From the sequence record NC_061446.1: a DNA stretch of 64,000 bases; one strand, given 5' to 3'. The translations under genes were made by a program, and so were the position numbers. Below are positions 57,197 to 64,000 of the stretch, piece after piece (position 1 is the stretch's first letter; every line of letters starts with the position of its first letter). A model generated the notes under the pieces. It was given only the letters and a program-made list of their open reading frames with translations, did not search any database and was not told the DNA's origin.

Positions 57197-57778
57197 TTAC
57201 ACCAGCAGACGACCTGCGATAGTGATTGCTACACCATTGAGAGTGGTGTCAGCAGTGTCCGGCGCAACAACACGGAGCTGATCTCCAGCAACCAGAATGA
57301 TCTCTTGGTCCAGATAGGATGCAAGAGGAGCAAACACACCAGTCTTAGAGCCAGCACCGAACGTAACAGTACCGAGCTGAATAACAGCTTGGGTGGCACT
57401 GTCATAAGCACTTACTTTGAATACGGCCTGAGCCGTAGCAGCAACATCAGCAACAGCCATAGAGCCGACAAAGTTTTTGATGATTGCAGTAGTACGCACC
57501 GACAGGTAACGAGCAATCTCTTGGCCACCAGCGTAGCGCTTGAGAACACTCATACCCACGTCATATGGATTTACAGACTGTAGCTGGTTAACCCACTTGG
57601 TGCGCACGGCAGAATAGACATACAGACCCGGCTGATTAGAGCCAGATACAGCAGTCAAGTTCCACACACGGCCGTTAGTTGGGTTAGCAGGGAAGGTCGG
57701 TCCAGATGAATTAGGGTCACCTGGTGCGCGTGTAATCTGAGACTGTGCGCCTGCGAGCTGAATACCAAAAGCGTACAT
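57197..57778 (-). CDS. virion protein
   Basis: GPTFPANPTNGRVW; AGGAG RBS. Confidence 0.6.
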   Translation of the reverse strand: MYAFGIQLAGAQSQITRAPGDPNSSGPTFPANPTNGRVWNLTAVSGSNQPGLYVYSAVRTKWVNQLQSVNPYDVGMSVLKRYAGGQEIARYLSVRTTAIIKNFVGSMAVADVAATAQAVFKVSAYDSATQAVIQLGTVTFGAGSKTGVFAPLASYLDQEIILVAGDQLRVVAPDTADTTLNGVAITIAGRLLV

Positions 57779-57789
57779 ATTTTTTCTCC

Positions 57790-58011
57790 TTAGGCGATTC
57801 GCACATGTCCAGTAACAGCGTACGGGAATGTTACTTTGACCGTGTTCTTGTCAACAATGATAACGTCGAGCGGCAGCACTTGATGGAGTTTACCATCAGG
57901 CATATTCACACATGTAGTCACTGCAACTTCACGACCAAAGTTGTGCGTAATCGTCCATTCAGAGGCAGCCTCTTCTTGTAGGAAGGTTCGCCCCATTGAA
58001 TAGTTGATCAT
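57790..58011 (-). CDS. single W-x-I-x-HN-x-G beta module protein
   Basis: WTITHNFG...DKNTVKVTF; GAGGA RBS before ATG 58011. Confidence 0.6.
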   Translation of the reverse strand: MINYSMGRTFLQEEAASEWTITHNFGREVAVTTCVNMPDGKLHQVLPLDVIIVDKNTVKVTFPYAVTGHVRIA

Positions 58012-58018
58012 AAGTTCC

Positions 58019-58927
58019 TCACATTTCAAAAGTGTATTGCGGCTTTATAGCATCAGACAAACGCGCAGTACCTTCACCGTCCATGACAGGCTTGACCTCA
58101 GCAATATCGCTCTCTAAAAGCAGAGCAATGTTCACTTCCTTCTTCTCATTCACGAATGCAGCCATTCCCCAAACAGGAACAGACACTCCAGGTGTGCCGC
58201 CAGTAATATCATGGAACACGTTAGGTATGCCCCAGTAAATATTCCAGTAGCTGCCTCCAGAGTTATTGAAGCTGATAACCTTCACAACTACACCATACTT
58301 TAATCGGCCATCATTTGGCAAAGCATTCGCGCTCATTACCAAACTGCCGTTGGAGTTCCAGCTATAGTTACTCCCGTTCGTATACACTACGGTATCAAGA
58401 GCTTGGCTGTAACTGTACCCTCCTAGCGTGGTGTTGTACATCGTGTTGCCAGCTTGGCTATTGAGATTGCCGTTGGCATAGAGAGGAAGAGTTCGGTCGA
58501 GACCAAATATAGCCATCCCCTGAGGTATGGAGTCTCCATTTGGAATCATCACCATGCCTAGATTGTCGCTCAAGTTAAGAGCAAACTGCCTTTCCATGTA
58601 TCGGTAGCTAGGCACTTTGGGTTCGCTTATAGGAGAGAACGAACCTGAATTAACACCGCCGTTGCTGGCATAGGTGTGATAGACTTTGCGTGTGTGCAGC
58701 CATTTGCGCTTACCATCTGCGCTTATGCCTGCTGCTGGGTTTAAAGGGATTGTGCCATTAACGGCAAAATCTTTGGCGCTTGTAACTGACTTTTCAGCAC
58801 ACAATTTAACGAAGCCTGCCCATGTGAGTGCGCTCATATCGGGTTTAGCCGTAGCAGCTTCAAACAAGAACAGGCTTCGCTCGATCATATGCTTTTGAGC
58901 AGTGCGTTTAGCTGGTGCGAAAAGCAT
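58019..58927 (-). CDS. virion protein, second paralog subgroup
   Basis: ERSLFLFEA ... ESDIAEV. Confidence 0.55.
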   Translation of the reverse strand: MLFAPAKRTAQKHMIERSLFLFEAATAKPDMSALTWAGFVKLCAEKSVTSAKDFAVNGTIPLNPAAGISADGKRKWLHTRKVYHTYASNGGVNSGSFSPISEPKVPSYRYMERQFALNLSDNLGMVMIPNGDSIPQGMAIFGLDRTLPLYANGNLNSQAGNTMYNTTLGGYSYSQALDTVVYTNGSNYSWNSNGSLVMSANALPNDGRLKYGVVVKVISFNNSGGSYWNIYWGIPNVFHDITGGTPGVSVPVWGMAAFVNEKKEVNIALLLESDIAEVKPVMDGEGTARLSDAIKPQYTFEM

Positions 58928-58939
58928 ATGCTACCTACC

Positions 58940-59536
58940 TTAGTACAGGATGACCGTACCAGACTGAGCCGTATCGAACGTGATAGTAAGCTGGCTTGTA
59001 CTGTCGTGTACGATAGACTTCGGCTGTACTTCTTTGCTGCCCTGATAGATACGAACAGCAGGGTTATAGCCGAGGTTATGTACAACAACCCACTGCGCTT
59101 CATCGGTGAAGGTAGCGGTGAATGCAACTGTTGGAGTAGGCAGGCCGTTTTCGACACCAGACAACAGCACGGCAGTACCGGCAACAGGCTCAGGGAACAG
59201 AACTACCGTAGTGTTCGCATCCTGAGAGTGAATGGAGGAAGGCTGAACAACGTCACCATTTTCATCGTAGCACTGTACGATTGGCGTAGCGGTGTTCATG
59301 TTGTGCGTAATCTCCCAACGAGAAGACGCGGAAGGTTTGGAGTAACGGTACATCGTCATCTGTTGAGTCAGAGGTACCCAAACAGGCACATCGCCAAGTT
59401 CGACGCACAGCATCAAACGCTTATCCATAAGAATGGCCATGCCTGGCTTAGGGTCAGCAGGCCAGTCGGTAGCAACGTCGAACACGAAGTTCTTGATTGA
59501 GCCGAACGTTAAGTCGAGCGTCCCGAGGACTTTCAT
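58940..59536 (-). CDS. virion protein with two HN-x-G modules
   Basis: WEITHNMN..., WVVVHNLG...; AGGAG RBS before ATG 59536. Confidence 0.65.
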   Translation of the reverse strand: MKVLGTLDLTFGSIKNFVFDVATDWPADPKPGMAILMDKRLMLCVELGDVPVWVPLTQQMTMYRYSKPSASSRWEITHNMNTATPIVQCYDENGDVVQPSSIHSQDANTTVVLFPEPVAGTAVLLSGVENGLPTPTVAFTATFTDEAQWVVVHNLGYNPAVRIYQGSKEVQPKSIVHDSTSQLTITFDTAQSGTVILY

Positions 59537-59557
59537 AAATCTTCTCCTGAAAGGTAA

Positions 59558-59583
59558 AAAGGGCAGGCAGATGCCCACCCTTT
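59558..59583 (-). terminator. probable rho-independent terminator
   Basis: AAAGGG...CCCTTT imperfect inverted repeat with an A-tract on the + strand. Confidence 0.5.
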
Positions 59584-59603
59584 CATTATGCTACTGAATC
59601 GAA

Positions 59604-61223
59604 TTACGCTTCTGGTTCAACGTAGGCGTTAGTACCAGTTACGAATGCGATTGCGACTTTCTTCGCAGTAGTCAGCTCGACGCGCAGGCTGTTTGCGTCA
59701 ATGAACACGACTTCATCAGGGATGATCTGATAGCCAGTGTCATCAACAACGGTAACAGTACCGTACTTCACACCCGCGTTGTGCGTGAAGGTATGCGCAG
59801 TTGCAGCAGCGTCACCGCCAGCAGTTTTATCGTACTGGTACAGTTTAGCAGCAGCACCGCCGGAACCAGCAGCGATAGCGTCGTCAACATATTTCTTGCT
59901 GACGGCAGACGCGTCGGTCAGAGCACCAGTACCGGTCAAGGTCAGTGCTTCAACTTCACCGCCAGTAGCGTCGATGAAGCCACCCGCAGTTTTAACCGCA
60001 GCAACGTCAACGATGATTTTGCTGTTGGTAGTGTCCTGTTTCAGGCCAGTACCCAGGGCAGCAGCAGCAATCTGCTCGTAACCCACACCACCGTCAGCAA
60101 CTGCGATACCATCTACAGTACGAGACAGAGTTGAGCCATCCAGTTTAACGCGAGTAGAACCAGCGTTATCTTCCAGACCACCAGCAGCATCCAGCTTCGC
60201 AGTAACAGCGTTAGAGCTGATCTGAATACCAGCACCAACTTTGACGTTAACGACGTTGCCAGATTTTTCCAGACCATCGCCAGCGTTGAACTCAGAAGCA
60301 CCGCCAAAGGTAGTCCAGACAGTACCATCGAAGCGACGATATTCTTTGATCGCTTTAACCCAGGTCACAGCACCGCCAGCTTCGCTGTCAGTCGGGTCGA
60401 ATACGATTACGAACTTGCTGCCGTCGTAACGCACGATCATGTTGTCAGCCAGGCCGGTGATAGAACCGAAATTCGGGTTGACCTGATCAGCAGCCAGAAT
60501 GATGTACTGCTTACCAGCTACCAGCTCTGGGTCGAGAGTACCATCTTCCTGAATCGCGTCGGAGTCGTGCAGCCAGTCGATACCAGCAACAGCGTTGTCA
60601 ATATCGATCTTACGAGCAGCGTCGTTCGGGTTGGCCGGAGCAGCCAGGTTAGCAACGGTATGACCGTTAGCATCGAGGTCGCCAGAGAGCTGGCCGTCGG
60701 CTGCGTTCAGCTTACCAGTCAGACCGGTTTCAACAGTACCGACTTTACCATCCAGTGCAGTGATCTGAGACTGAATGTTAGAAGTCGCGCCAGACACATA
60801 ACCCAACTCTGTAGCAGTTACGTTGCTGGTGGCCAGTTCGTTATCAGCGCCCGCGATAACAACACCGTTTTCAGTCAGGCCGGTGATTTTGTCTTGCTTG
60901 GTAGCAACAACAGTGGCAACGTGTTTCTTAGAAACAGCAGCATTGTCGCCAGAAGCAGACTGGTCAGGACCAGACAGCAGAAGGTCAGCAGTCATCGGCA
61001 CAGAGCCGTCAGCCAGAACAGCGCCTTCTACGGAGCCACCACCGCCGAAATCTTTGATTGCAGTACCGTCGAAGTATTTGTATTTCGCATCGGTGCTGTT
61101 ATACCAGATACGCGCAGTTTGCGCAGCAACCAGATCGCCTACAGCCGGGTCAGCGGTCAAAACTTCTGGACGGAAGTTCTTAATCTGGCCGCTGAGCATC
61201 AGTTCAATATTACCAGTACGCAT
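59604..61223 (-). CDS. tail-fibre/decoration-like virion protein (539 aa)
   Basis: DAARKIDID / DASAVSKKYVD motifs, AGDGL..SGN repeats, C-terminal HN-x-G module; AGGAG RBS. Confidence 0.7.
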   Translation of the reverse strand: MRTGNIELMLSGQIKNFRPEVLTADPAVGDLVAAQTARIWYNSTDAKYKYFDGTAIKDFGGGGSVEGAVLADGSVPMTADLLLSGPDQSASGDNAAVSKKHVATVVATKQDKITGLTENGVVIAGADNELATSNVTATELGYVSGATSNIQSQITALDGKVGTVETGLTGKLNAADGQLSGDLDANGHTVANLAAPANPNDAARKIDIDNAVAGIDWLHDSDAIQEDGTLDPELVAGKQYIILAADQVNPNFGSITGLADNMIVRYDGSKFVIVFDPTDSEAGGAVTWVKAIKEYRRFDGTVWTTFGGASEFNAGDGLEKSGNVVNVKVGAGIQISSNAVTAKLDAAGGLEDNAGSTRVKLDGSTLSRTVDGIAVADGGVGYEQIAAAALGTGLKQDTTNSKIIVDVAAVKTAGGFIDATGGEVEALTLTGTGALTDASAVSKKYVDDAIAAGSGGAAAKLYQYDKTAGGDAAATAHTFTHNAGVKYGTVTVVDDTGYQIIPDEVVFIDANSLRVELTTAKKVAIAFVTGTNAYVEPEA

Positions 61224-61247
61224 TATCTTTCTCCTGAGTGCGTGGGA

Positions 61248-61991
61248 TTAGAAGAAGTTACTCTCGCAGTCATCAAGGCTACAACGCAGCGCTTGGTATG
61301 CGGAGATTCTTTCTTCCGTTAAATTGATATATTTATCATCAATATTGTACTTCACTCGAATAGGCACATCGTACCCATCAAGCAAGCCGTGACGTTGGTA
61401 GACTTCAAGGCGAAGTACGGGTGAGCTGACCTGAGCACGTTCCATAATATTCAGGTCAATCTTGTCGGCGTAGATGAACGGTCGTTCTCTCCTACACAAG
61501 ATGTAATCTATCTCATGCAAATTAAAGAGTGTGAAATTCATATAGCCAATAATAAACTCGGCAATGAGTTTAAATGACTCGCTCATGTCCTGCCGGAACT
61601 GTTGTGTGAGAATCTGATCAACGTGAGGCTTGATAACCATACGCATCTCATACCAGCTCTCACAAAACAGAGCAGGGAAATCTTCAGGGTGATGGGCCAT
61701 GAGACCCAGCACGTCTTTTTCCGTATCTGCGAAAGAGTTTAAAATGTCAGTGGCATCAATATCCGTCTCGACGCCACGGCCAGTTGAAATGAATCGACGC
61801 TCAATGTCTCTCAACCAAGACTCTGATGCAGATAGGTATTGAAGCAGTGTTTCTCTTGCGGCAGCCGTGAACTCATGCCTGTTGGAGTCTAAGACTTCTC
61901 CAAGCATAAAGGCTTTCGCTTTGTAGAAATCACTATAGCGTTCGGCGGTGAATCGTCTGAACCCTATGTTATTCTTCAAATAGCCCATCAT
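61248..61991 (-). CDS. hypothetical helical protein
   Basis: 247 aa; ATGA-type coupling. Confidence 0.7.
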   Translation of the reverse strand: MMGYLKNNIGFRRFTAERYSDFYKAKAFMLGEVLDSNRHEFTAAARETLLQYLSASESWLRDIERRFISTGRGVETDIDATDILNSFADTEKDVLGLMAHHPEDFPALFCESWYEMRMVIKPHVDQILTQQFRQDMSESFKLIAEFIIGYMNFTLFNLHEIDYILCRRERPFIYADKIDLNIMERAQVSSPVLRLEVYQRHGLLDGYDVPIRVKYNIDDKYINLTEERISAYQALRCSLDDCESNFF

Positions 61992-62506
61992 CGCAATGCC
62001 CTCAAATCATTCAACTCCGAGTTGCCTTGAGCATTCGGGGTTGTATAAAGAGAACTGGATATGCTCTGCAAACGCAGACCGAGCTTCTCAAGTTCCTGTT
62101 GGCTCCCACCTAACTTCTCAAGCACTTCGCGCATAAGCTCGACGGAAACTTGATGGTCCTGGGATTGTTGAGAGATGATTCGTTCGAAGCGCTGCATAGC
62201 ACGAAGAACGGAGTTCAAGCCCTCTTTCATATCCAAATTATCCACTGGCGCAGAGTCAGAGATTGATTGAAGCATCCTCATCATCTGCGCCAGATCAGCT
62301 TGCAGTACGTCGCTGTCGGGGTTGACAACGGTGGCCGCCGCTTCCAGTTCTGCGTTCCGCTCCTTCAATTGTTCCAGTTCTTCAAGCTGGGGCAGTATCT
62401 TCCACCAAACATAGGCACCGCCTAGGATCAGCAGAACAACAGAGAAGACAGTCGCATAGTTGGACGCAAGCAACTTGTATAAAATATCCGCCCACATTAT
62501 ATTCAA
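61988..62506 (-). CDS. membrane-anchored coiled-coil protein
   Basis: TM VFSVVLLILGGAYVWW then heptad-rich region. Confidence 0.7.
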   Translation of the reverse strand: MNIMWADILYKLLASNYATVFSVVLLILGGAYVWWKILPQLEELEQLKERNAELEAAATVVNPDSDVLQADLAQMMRMLQSISDSAPVDNLDMKEGLNSVLRAMQRFERIISQQSQDHQVSVELMREVLEKLGGSQQELEKLGLRLQSISSSLYTTPNAQGNSELNDLRALR

Positions 62507-62787
62507 CCCTTACAGGTGTTATCGTTCAGATCGACAATAATCCTCTCGGCACCTGGTTCGTTTACGTCAGTGGTTTTGTACGTGTGCGCCATCCGAGGCT
62601 TGAACTCTAAGCAACTCTGTCCATAACGTCCATCGACAACACAAATGGCAGACAAGCAGCTCACATCTTCCTTGAGTATCAAGTTTTCAGGAGATTCGTT
62701 GGCACTCCTAACAGCAGTGATCACGAAACCAACCACAGCGAGGGAAATGGCAACAGTAATCGCAATCCTAAGTCGCTTGGCTTGCAT
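62503..62787 (-). CDS. small N-anchored periplasmic protein with 4 Cys
   Basis: TM IAITVAISLAVVGFVITAV; C..C..C..C. Confidence 0.65.
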   Translation of the reverse strand: MQAKRLRIAITVAISLAVVGFVITAVRSANESPENLILKEDVSCLSAICVVDGRYGQSCLEFKPRMAHTYKTTDVNEPGAERIIVDLNDNTCKG

Positions 62788-62851
62788 TTCGGGTTATACC
62801 TCATGATCCTTTTATCTGCTTGAAATTAGCGAACCACTCGCATCTAGGAGG

Positions 62852-63877
62852 TTATTCCTCCAAGACACCACTAATTTCCGCAAACATGTTCTTGTAGACC
62901 AAAGAACCATCCAGCTTGTCTAGGCGTTCAGGAAGAACGTACAGCTTAGGTGAAGTACGCATGTTCACCCAAGTTTTCTCATTACGATCAAGTCCTCCAA
63001 GTATCGGGACAATGACCATACTGAGGTTTCTATTCGCTCTAACAAAGCCAATGTCAATATGCTTCCTGTTAATGCTTATGAACAGCTTGTTGATTGCGTC
63101 CAAACCAACAGGCCTATTGAATTCCGTATCGCTAACTGTATTGACCAAGCTAATGAGAATACCCCTGTCTCTGCTCTCTATATCAAACAAATCAGACTTC
63201 AAATCAGCAACGGTCGATGCGGAGAAGTAGGAGACGTCATGTCCGTAGTCTTTGAGACAGGCACCAAGCGCACGGGCTGATTCAATATGCGCTATGTTGT
63301 CATCTCTCAGAATGTAGACTGGAGCGTCAGCCTGATACGTTCTCTGAGTCATTAAGTTGATAAGATCACACGAGGGCTTGCCAACAGCGGCCAAGCCCTT
63401 ATTCGCAATGTAAAACTTGTCGCGGTACACATCGTACACGTTTGGTGGCATATACTTCATGTAATCATCGTCCAGACTAAGTATCATGCGAGGCTTAGTG
63501 AGCTGGACGACAAGTTGCATACTACGAAGCGATGCTCTATATTCCGTGTCAGACAGCACACGACTTATCGGAAGATACTGCACAACTACGAACCGGTCAT
63601 CAATGGAATCGACAACCGACCGTATTAACGTACTGCCTAGCGTTGGCCCAGCAGAGAATTGGGTAACGATCATTAAGCCATTTTCAACTAAGCCTTTCGA
63701 CTCAGATAGCGTCATGCCGTTACCCGTCTGCTTTACCGCGCGCTCCCACGTTATTGAGGGTTCGTCACGCTGATCGGCATGTACATTAACTGCGCCACCC
63801 CAGAGACAGGCTCCAAGAAGGTAAGCAGCAATACGTTGTCTGGATCGGCTTCTGCTGGATTGACCGTGTCCGGCCAT
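62852..63877 (-). CDS. secreted periplasmic-binding-protein-like protein
   Basis: Signal-like RQRIAAYLLGACLWGGAVNVHA; VVVQYL...KPRMILSLDDD resembles ABC_sub_bind-type sensor domains. Confidence 0.5.
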   Translation of the reverse strand: MAGHGQSSRSRSRQRIAAYLLGACLWGGAVNVHADQRDEPSITWERAVKQTGNGMTLSESKGLVENGLMIVTQFSAGPTLGSTLIRSVVDSIDDRFVVVQYLPISRVLSDTEYRASLRSMQLVVQLTKPRMILSLDDDYMKYMPPNVYDVYRDKFYIANKGLAAVGKPSCDLINLMTQRTYQADAPVYILRDDNIAHIESARALGACLKDYGHDVSYFSASTVADLKSDLFDIESRDRGILISLVNTVSDTEFNRPVGLDAINKLFISINRKHIDIGFVRANRNLSMVIVPILGGLDRNEKTWVNMRTSPKLYVLPERLDKLDGSLVYKNMFAEISGVLEE

Positions 63878-64000
63878 AGCACTTCTCCTCTCTCGTCAGT
63901 GACGTAAGGAATGCCGGAGCCCTTGCCCAATCCATGACGCAAAGCCCATACGGTGTCGGCATTCTCCTGCACGAACACTAACCCTTTGACTGTTGCTTCA
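63751..64000 (-). CDS. 3' part of a virion protein with an HN/HG-LG module (truncated by window edge)
   Basis: Frame open to 64000; WALRHGLG...PD.V...NVLLLTFLEPVSGVA. Confidence 0.6.
   Translation of the reverse strand, partial: EATVKGLVFVQENADTVWALRHGLGKGSGIPYVTDERGEVLWPDTVNPAEADPDNVLLLTFLEPVSGVAQLMYMPISVTNPQ

Noticed and set aside
44624-58927. CRISPR-like or DGR-like DNA repeats in the paralog array
   Set aside because: Similarity is at protein-motif level only; no conserved DNA repeat, template/variable pair or reverse transcriptase seen

Overview
A 64-kb segment of a large lytic tailed phage genome (jumbo myovirus-like, about 50% GC). The host is probably a gammaproteobacterium, judged from the CmoA gene and an E. 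coli-type NrdA tail motif. Gene content resembles the 'hairy' jumbo myophages of Erwinia/Dickeya; this is inferred and was not database-checked. + strand 1-43.2 kb: DnaB-like helicase (5'-partial), intein-containing large terminase, portal, 5'-3' exonuclease, then a long accessory region (macrodomain, CmoA, Asn-synthase-like ligase, Dam, dCMP deaminase, ThyA, ParB-like protein, intein-containing C5 cytosine methyltransferase, ASCH, DUF4326-like, MazG-like, HD hydrolase, many unknowns). A bidirectional terminator at 43.2 kb separates this from a - strand late block: holin/spanin-like genes, about 16 paralogous virion fibre-like genes, a tail-fibre-like gene and membrane/periplasmic proteins. 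Best candidate system: a dispersed cytosine hypermodification pathway. It comprises a Cx-SAM synthase (CmoA), an ATP-dependent amide-ligase-like protein and a coupled unknown gene. About 15 kb away lie a ParB-like gene and a C5 'methyltransferase' whose motif X has Arg in place of the canonical Asn (predicted carboxymethyltransferase) and whose catalytic Cys is freed only by intein splicing. Other highlights: a stand-alone 47-aa mimic of the NrdA redox tail, candidate nucleotide-sponge anti-defence proteins, an 8-codon micro-ORF with a perfect RBS, two phage promoter-like motifs, and a secreted binding-protein-like gene whose signal peptide overlaps another gene. No tRNA, rRNA or CRISPR array was seen.
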